A DNA stretch of 32,000 nucleotides, taken from contig JBHLPL010000001.1 of NCBI GenBank assembly GCA_048939465.1, forward strand, positions 30,001-62,000. Direction: 5' to 3'. Numbering within the stretch: the stretch's first letter is position 1; every line of letters starts with the position of its first letter. Below the pieces are notes generated by a model that made no database searches, was not told the DNA's origin, and worked only from the letters and a program-made list of their open reading frames with translations. Shown here piece by piece: positions 16,194 through 25,131 of the stretch. Origin of the DNA: Promethearchaeota archaeon. Lineage in GTDB: Archaea; Asgardarchaeota; Odinarchaeia; Odinarchaeales; JBHLKK01. A program made the translations under genes and the position numbers.

Positions 16194-17960
16194 TTAAGAT
16201 TGTTTTTTCTTTCTTAGCTTCATTTTATACATTTGTGTTATCTCCTCTTCGGTTGTAGCATCTTCAGGGGCCTTATCTTGACGCCAATTGCCGGTAAACC
16301 TTGGAAATCTTATGGCAAGCCCGCTTCCTTTTGCTACTTTATCAAAACCGCATGTGTGAGTTGGACTCAATGTGATCTCAGCCCCTTTCACTTCTAACAC
16401 TGAGTTGGGCACGAACCAAACATCTGCATCCTGCTGCGAATTAACTCGGGAATGTATATGATCTATCTTGTATTTTCTTAACTTTGATGGTAATGCCTCG
16501 AGTTCCTCGTCACTGAATCCGCTTCCAACTCTTGCTACAGTCTTAAAAACATCGTTCTCCGGGTCGTAACATGCAAGCAGTAATGCTCCATAGGTTCCAG
16601 CCCTTCTTCCACGACCCATGAAAGCACCAACAACCACTAAATCAACAGTATCTGCCAGTTCACTTATGGCTTCTCTTTTGAACTTTATCCAAAGCCAGCC
16701 TCTGGCACCCGCTTGATATATGGAATCGGGATTAATTGATTTTGCCATTAGACCTTCACAGCCTGCTTCAACAGCCTCATCAAAGAAATCTTCCAGATCT
16801 TTCGGAGATTCCACGGTCCTCTGGTTCGCGATTCTGATCCTCTTATTGCCTTTCACAATTCTTATTAGCTCCTCTCTTCTCCTGGGGTATGGCTCCTTAA
16901 TTAAATCCTTTCCATTGATCAGAAGGCTATCAAAAAGGAATAAGCTTACGGGATACTCTTCCATAGCCCTTTTTACTTCGTATTTTCTTCTCCTATGCAT
17001 GAGTTCTTGAAATGGTCTGAACTCATCCGTATCCAAATCAATTGCAACAACCTCACCCTCAATGATTGCCTCCCTAGCCTTTATGTTACTACGGATTAAG
17101 GCGACTATATCGGGGTATTGTTGAGTAATATTCTCAAGTCTCCTTGAAAAAATCCTTATAATATTCTCCTTCTTATGTATTTGAAGCCTTTCGCCGTCGT
17201 ATTTGTATTCTGCTGCAAGCCTTCCTCCCAACTTCTCCAATATCCCCTCAGGATCTGTAAGTCTCTGAGCAGCCATCATACGGATTGGTTTACCTACCTC
17301 TATTGAGAACTTCTTTATGGCTTTGATTCCTTCCTTTGCCAATGCTTTTGCCACATATCCCAGGTCAGAACTCAGGTTATATGCTTCTTCGATTGGAGGA
17401 CGATTCTCTTTGCCTCCGGCAAAGGCTTGAGCCAAAGTGTCTAGTATGGTCATATCGGCTATTCCAAGTCTGAGCGTCCCTGTTACGGTCCTTGCCAAGA
17501 ATTTTGCCTCAATGGGCCTGGCGCTAAGCAGCAATCCTGAGAAGAGTCTCTTCTTCAACCCGACAGAACCTGCCCCGCTCGCGGCAGCAATCTTATCTAG
17601 TCTATTATAGACCTCATCAATAGTCAAGGGTTTAGCAAGAAGAGATCTCTGTTTTTTCTCTCTCGTTTCATATTCGGCAGTTAACCCTATGTCACCCATT
17701 TTCAATAGGGTCTTTTCTATGTGGCTATTCCTAACTCCGACTGCGATTGATATGGCATCAACGACCATTTTTTCGGCCATGCCTATTTCGGGCAGCCCCA
17801 TCCAGTCTGGATGCAGTTTTCCTTGCGTAAGATAAATAACCTTGTCTATGATTTGTATGGGAGTCTTCTCAAACAAGTCCGTTAGCAAATCAATCATTTC
17901 TAGTCTTTTTGATGTGTCCTCAATCTTTGAGTAGTATTCACACAAAGTCTCATATCTCAT
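16194..17960 (-). CDS. lig: ATP-dependent DNA ligase (archaeal/eukaryotic type)
   Basis: EYKYDGERLQIH (motif I), IIEGEVV, LFDSL, EGLMAK, WIKFK, DLVVVGAFMGRGRR, LAIRFPRF. Confidence 0.97.
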   Translation of the reverse strand: MRYETLCEYYSKIEDTSKRLEMIDLLTDLFEKTPIQIIDKVIYLTQGKLHPDWMGLPEIGMAEKMVVDAISIAVGVRNSHIEKTLLKMGDIGLTAEYETREKKQRSLLAKPLTIDEVYNRLDKIAAASGAGSVGLKKRLFSGLLLSARPIEAKFLARTVTGTLRLGIADMTILDTLAQAFAGGKENRPPIEEAYNLSSDLGYVAKALAKEGIKAIKKFSIEVGKPIRMMAAQRLTDPEGILEKLGGRLAAEYKYDGERLQIHKKENIIRIFSRRLENITQQYPDIVALIRSNIKAREAIIEGEVVAIDLDTDEFRPFQELMHRRRKYEVKRAMEEYPVSLFLFDSLLINGKDLIKEPYPRRREELIRIVKGNKRIRIANQRTVESPKDLEDFFDEAVEAGCEGLMAKSINPDSIYQAGARGWLWIKFKREAISELADTVDLVVVGAFMGRGRRAGTYGALLLACYDPENDVFKTVARVGSGFSDEELEALPSKLRKYKIDHIHSRVNSQQDADVWFVPNSVLEVKGAEITLSPTHTCGFDKVAKGSGLAIRFPRFTGNWRQDKAPEDATTEEEITQMYKMKLRKKKQS

Positions 17961-18091
17961 ATTCAGTTCCCTACAACAGATTAATCATTAACTCCTTGTG
18001 AGTTTCTCTTTATTTTACTTTCCCCCGCCCTCCGGCATTTGACGTTAAAGATAAATACGGTTTGTTTGTAATAGATATGCGTGGTGATACT

Positions 18092-19324
18092 TTGGCCAAT
18101 GAACCACCATCTTCACTTTCTGAATCGCAGAATTCTAGAATGCACGAACATGGCGAGGTCAAAATTGGTAAGGGCGAGATAGCCATAATTATGTGCGTGG
18201 CAGCGATATACGTTTATCTTCGTTTCTTCTATGCAGCGGATACCCTTTTTGGTTTCCCTATGGATTACTTACTACTGCCTATAGGATTCACTATAGGTGT
18301 TTGGCTTGCACTTAGAATGAGTGATCTGGCTATCAAGGGACTGGCTGCAACAGCTATATACTTCGGCCTAAGCCTATATGTAGTAGGAGTCCTATCCAGC
18401 ATTGCATCTAACACACCGGAACTCGTAGTCGGGCTTTTGATGTCATGGAGGGGTTACACACACCCAGATCCGGTTCTAGGTTTGACTCTAACTGAGACTT
18501 CTATCTTGACGGTTCTTACAGCCTCTGGTTTCAACACCCTTCTTCTAAGCCTAATAATCCTTTTGGGCTCAAGGAAGAGTGGATATGTTAAAGTGCCTCG
18601 AGAACTAATTCTTAGCGAATCTGAGCTCATAAGGAGCACGTTTATTGCAATAATGATGATTTTTACGTTTGGTCTTATACTCCATGTTTTTCCGATAGGC
18701 GGGGGTGAAGGCGGAATCGGATATATCCCCCCCTTAGTTGCATTCTGCTTATTGCTGATATACCTTTTCTACGTCGTTCAGCTGTTGAGAAGAAAAGAAC
18801 ATGATTTGATGGTTTCGCCAGCAAGAACTGAATCTCCAAAACCTTCAGAAAACGAACGCCGTGAACGCACCGCCGGTATTTCTATGAAAATGGCGGTCGT
18901 TTTCATGATTGTGTCTTTTCTTGGGATTTTTGCTGCTGGAGAGGTGATCACAAGCACAGTGGAACTTACTATTGAACACTTCGAGCTTGAGGTTCCCGTT
19001 GTCGCTCTCATAGTGGGTGCCTGTGGTTCGATACCTGAGCATGGCATCGCACTGGTTGCTGCGAGGAGAGGGCAACTTAATGTAGCTCTGGGCAATATCA
19101 TTGGCGGATTGGCGCAGATAGTGTTGATGGTCTTGGGTGTTGTGGGTATTGTTGTTCCGATACCACTCGACGCCTTTGTTTTGTTTCAACTGATAGTAAC
19201 CGGCTGGGTCCTATACTATGTCAAACGTGCAATACTTGATGACGAACGTCTCGACTTCATGGAGGGATTCATAATCCTGATCTTCCAAATAATTGCGTTC
19301 TCACTACTACTGGGACTTCTATGA
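18092..19324 (+). CDS. Ca2+/cation antiporter (CaCA superfamily, CAX-like)
   Basis: About 10 TM segments with alpha-1 repeat ASNTPELVVG and alpha-2 repeat GSIPEHGIA...GNIIGGLAQI, plus a central hydrophilic loop. Start uncertain (ATG 18077 or TTG 18092). Confidence 0.85.
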   Translation: MANEPPSSLSESQNSRMHEHGEVKIGKGEIAIIMCVAAIYVYLRFFYAADTLFGFPMDYLLLPIGFTIGVWLALRMSDLAIKGLAATAIYFGLSLYVVGVLSSIASNTPELVVGLLMSWRGYTHPDPVLGLTLTETSILTVLTASGFNTLLLSLIILLGSRKSGYVKVPRELILSESELIRSTFIAIMMIFTFGLILHVFPIGGGEGGIGYIPPLVAFCLLLIYLFYVVQLLRRKEHDLMVSPARTESPKPSENERRERTAGISMKMAVVFMIVSFLGIFAAGEVITSTVELTIEHFELEVPVVALIVGACGSIPEHGIALVAARRGQLNVALGNIIGGLAQIVLMVLGVVGIVVPIPLDAFVLFQLIVTGWVLYYVKRAILDDERLDFMEGFIILIFQIIAFSLLLGLL

Positions 19325-19347
19325 TCCTAGATCGCTTAAAAAAACTC

Positions 19348-20064
19348 TCACTTCTTCATCATGATTGCAATCGGCACGCTTGCCTCGCGCCATTTGGCAT
19401 ACTTCCCCTCGTATTCGATCTGAATCTCGTGCCGTCCATGATCCCCGAGTACAATCAATAGAGTTCCAGGTATGGCTTGCTTAAAGAGAGACAGAATCCA
19501 GTTATCCGTACGTGTAATTAATTTCTGGGCTATTTCTTCTGGTGGCTGAGTGCTGTATTTTTGATACATGGCCTCAAAATCCAGAAAGTGGAGCCAAATG
19601 AAGTCCACCCTGTTAATCACTTTTATCGCTTCAATATACGTTCTCATGTCATCCTCGGCTGCTTTTGCTTTGGTTTTTCCCATGAACATTACTAAATCCT
19701 CTGCCCTCCCGATCATGGTAACGTTTTTCCTGCTCTTAGCCAAGAAATCCAACAAATGGAACTTCTTCTTTGAGGCACTTCCGTAGACTATCTCGTTTAA
19801 GACATTGAACGTATGAGGGTCTTCTGTATTTAATACCAGTATCGCCTCTGAGGTTTTTATCAAAAACTTGGGCTTATAATATGTACATTCGAAAAGTCCA
19901 AAGTTGTCGAAGATGGCCAATATTACATGGTCTGATCTGAATTCATCTATTCCCGTAATGGGTGGAGGGATTTTCTTTGGAGGTTGCAGTCCTAGCAAAT
20001 GGGATAGAGTAGCGGGAATTTGTGTCATGTTCCCTTCAAACGTAGGTAATTCCTCTTTGGCCAT
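19348..20064 (-). CDS. Compact alkaline-phosphatase-superfamily protein (NPP/PglZ-like core, one degenerate metal site)
   Basis: IPATLSHLLG, VILAIFDNFG, PHTFNVLNEIVYG (register of NPP P.KTFPN..SIVTG), LIVLGDHG. Confidence 0.7.
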   Translation of the reverse strand: MAKEELPTFEGNMTQIPATLSHLLGLQPPKKIPPPITGIDEFRSDHVILAIFDNFGLFECTYYKPKFLIKTSEAILVLNTEDPHTFNVLNEIVYGSASKKKFHLLDFLAKSRKNVTMIGRAEDLVMFMGKTKAKAAEDDMRTYIEAIKVINRVDFIWLHFLDFEAMYQKYSTQPPEEIAQKLITRTDNWILSLFKQAIPGTLLIVLGDHGRHEIQIEYEGKYAKWREASVPIAIMMKK

Positions 20065-20156
20065 TGGACTTCATCTACCGATACCTGAACGATAAGTAAG
20101 TATTAGCTTTAAATAACTTCTTTCATATATTAAATTACACACTGCGAGGGACACAC

Positions 20157-20252
20157 ATGTCCAGGAGATGGAGAAGAATATTAGGTGGGCTCTTCTTTGT
20201 TATCCTCATGTTGGCTGGGCTTTTTACATACCTAGTACTCTACTTCTTGTAA
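20157..20252 (+). CDS. Single-pass membrane microprotein, 31 aa (MSRRWRRILGGLFFVILMLAGLFTYLVLYFL)
   Basis: GAGGG-ACACAC-ATG, upstream TATA-like TTTAAATA and TATTAAA, basic N-terminus followed by a 24-residue hydrophobic run to the stop. Fills an otherwise empty gap; below the ORF-track cutoff. Confidence 0.7.
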   Translation: MSRRWRRILGGLFFVILMLAGLFTYLVLYFL

Positions 20253-20323
20253 TGATTAATTATTAATCGTGCTTGCAGGATTTTGTTTGTAAAACCTGCG
20301 AACGAAAGCAGATAATTGAGGGA

Positions 20324-21658
20324 TTGAAATTGCCGGGACTTGAAATTACTTTGCTTGGTGGTGCCCGTGAAGTTGGCCGATCTTGCATCTTGATATCTGG
20401 GGGGAGTTCACATTTGCTATTAGATGCAGGCATAAAACTGGGTGTAGATCCTCCAGAGAAATACCCGCTAATTCCGCCTGAAACACCTGATGCCATAATA
20501 AACTCTCATGCGCATCTCGATCACACAGGTTTTGTGCCCGCTTTTGTGAAGAGGTATGATTGCCCGGTGTATGCTACACCGCCCACGCAAGATATATCTG
20601 AGCTGCTGTTTATGGACTCAATCAAAATCTCTAAGGAGGCTGATGAAGAACCACCTTATGACGTAGAGGATGTTATGGCCGTAAGAAGACGCGCCATTGA
20701 TTTGTATTATAACGTTCCTATTGAAATGCAGGATGCAAGAATCGTGCTGTACAGAGCCGGACATATCTTAGGCTCAGCCATGATAAAGCTTGAACTTGCA
20801 GGGATCTCCATTCTCTACACTGGAGATTTCAGTATGAGAAATACGCGTACGCTTCAAATGGCGGATTTCAACGTAGGAAAAATCGATGTTCTTGTAATAG
20901 AATCCACCTATGGGTCACCCTCAGATAAGCATCCGAGCCATAAAAGAATTGGTCGTGAATTTGCCAATGCCGTAGACAGGACAACAAAACGCGGGGGAAA
21001 AGTAATCATTCCAGTTTTTGCCGTCGGACGAGCTCAGCAGGTAATGCTAATGCTGGAAGATTATATGCGGAGCAACTATATCGATCAAGTGAATATCTTT
21101 GTTGATGGGCTTGTCAGAAGAGTAAATAGAGTCTATGAACTCTATTGGGAGTGGTTGAAACCGGAGATTCAGAAAAGGATACGATATACTCATAGTAGTC
21201 CATTAGAATCTGAGATCTTTCATGTTGTGGGAGACCGCGATGAACCGATAGAATATGATGGACCATGCATAATCATCACTACTTCAGGAATGGTTGAGGG
21301 AGGACCGGTCTTACATTACCTTAAGGAGTTAGGTAACGATCCCAGTAACTTGATATGCTTAACTGGCTATCAGGCCCCAAAGACTCGTGGAAGAGCTCTT
21401 CTTGATGGTTCGAGAGAACTAACGGTTCACAATAACACAAAAATCGACATTTCTGCAGAGGTTTTAACCTTTGAATTTAGCGCTCATGCTGATCGGTCAA
21501 ACATTCATAGGTTTGTCTCCATGCTTAACGGGGTGAGGCATGTTCTATGCGTCCACGGTGAAGAAGCGAAAACGATAGCGTTGGCAAATAGCATAAAGAA
21601 ATTGAAAAAAGTAGATGCATACGCTCCAAAAATTGGAGAGACTATTGATTTAGTATGA
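20324..21658 (+). CDS. Metallo-beta-lactamase/beta-CASP ribonuclease (CPSF73/YSH1-like, no N-terminal KH domains)
   Basis: GGAREVGRSC, LLDAG, SHAHLDHTG, AGHILGS, YTGDF, IESTYG, FSAHAD, VHGE. TTG start (20324 or 20330) after GAGGGA. Confidence 0.93.
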   Translation: MKLPGLEITLLGGAREVGRSCILISGGSSHLLLDAGIKLGVDPPEKYPLIPPETPDAIINSHAHLDHTGFVPAFVKRYDCPVYATPPTQDISELLFMDSIKISKEADEEPPYDVEDVMAVRRRAIDLYYNVPIEMQDARIVLYRAGHILGSAMIKLELAGISILYTGDFSMRNTRTLQMADFNVGKIDVLVIESTYGSPSDKHPSHKRIGREFANAVDRTTKRGGKVIIPVFAVGRAQQVMLMLEDYMRSNYIDQVNIFVDGLVRRVNRVYELYWEWLKPEIQKRIRYTHSSPLESEIFHVVGDRDEPIEYDGPCIIITTSGMVEGGPVLHYLKELGNDPSNLICLTGYQAPKTRGRALLDGSRELTVHNNTKIDISAEVLTFEFSAHADRSNIHRFVSMLNGVRHVLCVHGEEAKTIALANSIKKLKKVDAYAPKIGETIDLV

Positions 21659-21913
21659 TTCTACCGGTTTTCTAACTGTTGCAATAGTCCTGTCTGAATG
21701 ACCATTGCTTTTCATCTCATCTATGTTTAGCCACACTTCATTCTCCGGGATGTCCGGATTGGCAAGAGCACTAAAAGAAAACCGTCTCTTGTTAACGACG
21801 ATCTCAATAGTATTGCCGACATTCACTCCTATGCTTCTGAGGATCTTTGCGTTCAAAACAGCTTCACCGGTCTTAACCTCTGTTTTCTGCATTAGTCTCA
21901 TTCTCTTTTCCAT
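21650..21913 (-). CDS. Stand-alone double-psi beta-barrel protein (CDC48 N-domain-like)
   Basis: AVLNAKILRSIGVNVGNTIEIV...NEVWLNIDEMKSNGHSDRTIATVRK fits the two-fold DPBB repeat. GAGGT-TTGGAT-ATG, directly downstream of glyS. Confidence 0.6.
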   Translation of the reverse strand: MEKRMRLMQKTEVKTGEAVLNAKILRSIGVNVGNTIEIVVNKRRFSFSALANPDIPENEVWLNIDEMKSNGHSDRTIATVRKPVESY

Positions 21914-21961
21914 ATCCAAACCTCAGTTAAGCAGTACTATAGGGAACCTCCAGGCTTAAAT

Positions 21962-23689
21962 CTATATGGTTTTTCCGAGCTCTTCAAACCCGATTCTTTC
22001 CTTGAAAAACTCGCCAAAAAGCTTGCCTAGATCTTCTATTTTGTTTCGCAACTGCTGCCAGCTATCTCGATTTCTTATCGTTACCGTATCATCCTCCAGA
22101 GTTTGATAGTCTACCGTTACTGCTACTGGAGTCCCGATTTCATCCGACCTGGCATATCTACGTCCGATGCTTCCAGACACATCCAATTCTGCCCTAAATC
22201 CTTCTTCAAGTAACATGTTATAGATGTCTTGTGCGACTTCGGGGAGTTTGTCTCTTTCCAATAGAGGAAATACTGCAATCTGTATTGGCGTAATGGCCGG
22301 AGGAAGCCTCAATATGATCCTCTTCTCTCTCTCAGAGTAAGCACATTCCAAAGCCGAATATACGAGTCTATCCGCCCCAAATGAGGGTTCTATGACGTGT
22401 GGAATGAATCTGGAACCAGATGCCTTCTCCGTTCTCTCATCAAAAGTTAAGAGTTCAGAACCTACGCGGTTTTCTCCTATTAAATAAAAACCGTCCTCTC
22501 TTACAGATTTCTGGACAATCTCGGGATCACTTCCTTTCAGAGAAGAAAGAATCTCTCCTGTTGCGTTACCGAACTTCTCTCTTATCGCCTTTACGTGTGG
22601 CTTAATTATGGTTCTCTTTACAATCTTAGGCTGTTCGTATTGTTTGAAAGCACGAAGATCGGTTCCACTAAATTTCATATGTCTGCCTAGGTCCCAGTCA
22701 GTCCTGTAAGCGTGTCCCGCTACCTCTGACCAACCAAATCTCTCCAAAAGAACTTGATGGTCTATAGTCTGTTTGGAATAATGCGCTCTTTCCCATGGAA
22801 GTTGCTCCCTAAATCGCTGTTTCTCTGGAGGGACACCAAGACTTGAAACGAAAGACTTTGATATAACTAGAAAATAAGCTATCCACTCACTGACAACTAC
22901 TCCCCTTTTAACAGCTTCTCTTGCTGTAATGACTTCTGTATCGCCTTCCTTTTGCTGGGCATCCGACGTCAGAATAGCCAGTTCCTCATTCTCTACATCA
23001 ACTAACCTAGCACATGAAGCCAACTCGCTCGGATCAATGAAGACTTCAACTTCCATAATGGTGAACTCACGAAGGCGGATTACCCCCTTTCTGGGTGAAA
23101 TTTCGTTTCTAAACGTACGACCAATCTGAGCAATACCTAGAGGCAGTTGTTCACGCTTTGCACTAAATATGCGCTTGAAGTCTACGAACATTCCCTGAGC
23201 TGCTTCCGGTCTAGCGTAACCAACATTCCCTCCGTACGGGCCAATTGTCGTTCTAAACATCAGATTGAATAGTTCAACTTTGCCCAGAGATCCACCGCAA
23301 TCCGGGCAGGTAATGTTATTCTCTTTTATCAAACTATCGAGTTCTTCTGTGGTAAGCCCTTCAACGATCTTACCTATAGCGTTCTCGACCAAATGATCTG
23401 CTCTATACTGTTTCTTGCAATCCAGGCAGCCAACCATTGGGTCCGTGAAGTGATCTGAATGTCCGCTTGCCTTGAAAACCACTTGAGGCATAATTATGGG
23501 AGAATCTATCTCCACAAACTCTTGTTTAGTTATAAACCACTCACGCCACTTATCTTCCACATTCCTTTTGAGTATGGCTCCGATCGGTCCATATGTTACG
23601 AATCCACTCAATCCGCCATATATCTCGAAACTTGGCCAAAGTATACCGCGTCTTCTACAAAGCTCCATGACTTTCTCGTATTTATCCAA
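21962..23689 (-). CDS. glyS: Glycyl-tRNA synthetase (homodimeric, archaeal/eukaryotic type)
   Basis: LCRRRG..PSFEIYGG, ASGHSDHFTDP, FNLMF, RPEAAQGMF, FRNEISPRKGVIRLREF, AHYS, HVIEPSFGADR, IGRRYARSDEIGTP. Start TTG 23689 or GTG 23698. Confidence 0.97.
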   Translation of the reverse strand: MDKYEKVMELCRRRGILWPSFEIYGGLSGFVTYGPIGAILKRNVEDKWREWFITKQEFVEIDSPIIMPQVVFKASGHSDHFTDPMVGCLDCKKQYRADHLVENAIGKIVEGLTTEELDSLIKENNITCPDCGGSLGKVELFNLMFRTTIGPYGGNVGYARPEAAQGMFVDFKRIFSAKREQLPLGIAQIGRTFRNEISPRKGVIRLREFTIMEVEVFIDPSELASCARLVDVENEELAILTSDAQQKEGDTEVITAREAVKRGVVVSEWIAYFLVISKSFVSSLGVPPEKQRFREQLPWERAHYSKQTIDHQVLLERFGWSEVAGHAYRTDWDLGRHMKFSGTDLRAFKQYEQPKIVKRTIIKPHVKAIREKFGNATGEILSSLKGSDPEIVQKSVREDGFYLIGENRVGSELLTFDERTEKASGSRFIPHVIEPSFGADRLVYSALECAYSEREKRIILRLPPAITPIQIAVFPLLERDKLPEVAQDIYNMLLEEGFRAELDVSGSIGRRYARSDEIGTPVAVTVDYQTLEDDTVTIRNRDSWQQLRNKIEDLGKLFGEFFKERIGFEELGKTI

Positions 23690-23991
23690 CGTCTTCACAT
23701 TCCTGGCCGTCTTTATCCTGCAAAGAAATTCAGCCAGCAGGGATGGCGACAGACTACACTGAGTTAAATATGATTCTGGATATTAAATTTTGGGTAAAGA
23801 GACAAGAATCGAACTCCGTTAGTTTTTTCGACGGAAAACCCCTCCGCGGAAGCACGTGGGCAGAATCATCCATTTTCTGTCTCATATTCTAAACGTTAGC
23901 TAAACCTTATTCATAGTAACAATTGAGACAAATCAAGAAAGATTTTTGAATGTCCGGTAATTTAAATATTAGAGCCACTGAGGTGTTATGG

Positions 23992-25116
23992 ATGCAAGTC
24001 TCGGCACAAAGGTTAGAGAGCATCAGGAGAATAATGACCAGAGAAGGAATAGATGTCTTGTTTTCTACAAAAACAGAAAACATATTCTACCTAGCTGGAT
24101 TTGCCCCCTCAATAGTACCCTCTCTCGCGATCATCGTACCCGTGGATAATGAGGCAACTCTAATAGCCCCCTCTAATGTGCTGGCCCTAGCAGATGAGCC
24201 CTCAAAAATCAAAAGCATAAGACCCTACTTTCTGCATCCGACAGAAGGTGAAAGTGAAAGAAAGAGACCGGGCTTTCTTGATACTATTAAAACTGTACTG
24301 GGTGAAAACGGTCTGGAAAAAGGAATCATCGGGTTAGAATATGACGATATCTCGCTTTCTGTTTTTAATAGATTGAAGGATACACTGCCCGATGCTGGTT
24401 TCAAAGACTCATCCCCTCTAATTTGGGAAATGAGAATGATCAAAGAAGAATCTGAGCTCGAAACGATGTCTAAGACTATAGAGGTCGCTGAAATCGGATT
24501 AAGGACTGCCATCGAGATCATACAACCGGGTATTACAGAACTTGAAGTTGCTCTGGAGCTCCGGAATACAATGATCAGAGCCGGTGCCTCAAGAGACTTG
24601 TGCCTAGGCAGCGTGACATCTGGTCCACGCGCAGGTTCTCCCCGTGCGGCCACAGAGTCTAGAAAGATCGAGAAAGATGAGTTTGTGGTTATTAATGTCT
24701 GCATAATGTTTGACAATTACTGTGGACATGTAGCACGCACGATTTTCACAGGTACACCCAGAAAGGAGTGTAGAACACTCTTCAACGCAGCAAAGAACGT
24801 ACTAAACGTCGCTTTGAAAGAAGCCAGACCTGGAACTACTGCCGGCGATCTTACTGTCGCAGTCTGCAAGAGGATAAGTAAACTGGGGTATATTGACTAT
24901 CACAATTATCCGATAGGCTATGGTGTTGGCTTGAATCCACGTGAACCTCCGATCCTCGAGACTGGTGATAATACACTTCTTCGCCCGGGAATGGTCTTGC
25001 ACGTATATTCTAATATTTACATTCCTGAAGTATGGGGAATCAAGATTGGAGGACAGATACTTGTTGCTGAAGGAGAGTCGAAGATTATGGAGAAACTGCC
25101 CTTGGAGATGATTTGA
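23992..25116 (+). CDS. M24/Xaa-Pro peptidase-fold protein lacking metal ligands (probable pseudo-enzyme)
   Basis: Creatinase-N domain plus pita-bread domain (MRMIKEESE, PGITELEVA, PGMVL..., IYIP), but the active-site D/D/H/E/E positions read N/H/Y/Y/G. SD GAGGTG-TTATGG-ATG. Confidence 0.85.
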   Translation: MQVSAQRLESIRRIMTREGIDVLFSTKTENIFYLAGFAPSIVPSLAIIVPVDNEATLIAPSNVLALADEPSKIKSIRPYFLHPTEGESERKRPGFLDTIKTVLGENGLEKGIIGLEYDDISLSVFNRLKDTLPDAGFKDSSPLIWEMRMIKEESELETMSKTIEVAEIGLRTAIEIIQPGITELEVALELRNTMIRAGASRDLCLGSVTSGPRAGSPRAATESRKIEKDEFVVINVCIMFDNYCGHVARTIFTGTPRKECRTLFNAAKNVLNVALKEARPGTTAGDLTVAVCKRISKLGYIDYHNYPIGYGVGLNPREPPILETGDNTLLRPGMVLHVYSNIYIPEVWGIKIGGQILVAEGESKIMEKLPLEMI

Positions 25117-25131
25117 TTTGGAGGTTTGAGA

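Noticed and set aside
23805-23815. tRNA T-loop-like AGTTCGATTCT on the minus strand upstream of glyS
   Set aside because: The T-stem is imperfect, no acceptor, D or anticodon arms can be built, and it lies upstream of the likely glyS TATA, so it is neither a tRNA nor a T-box.
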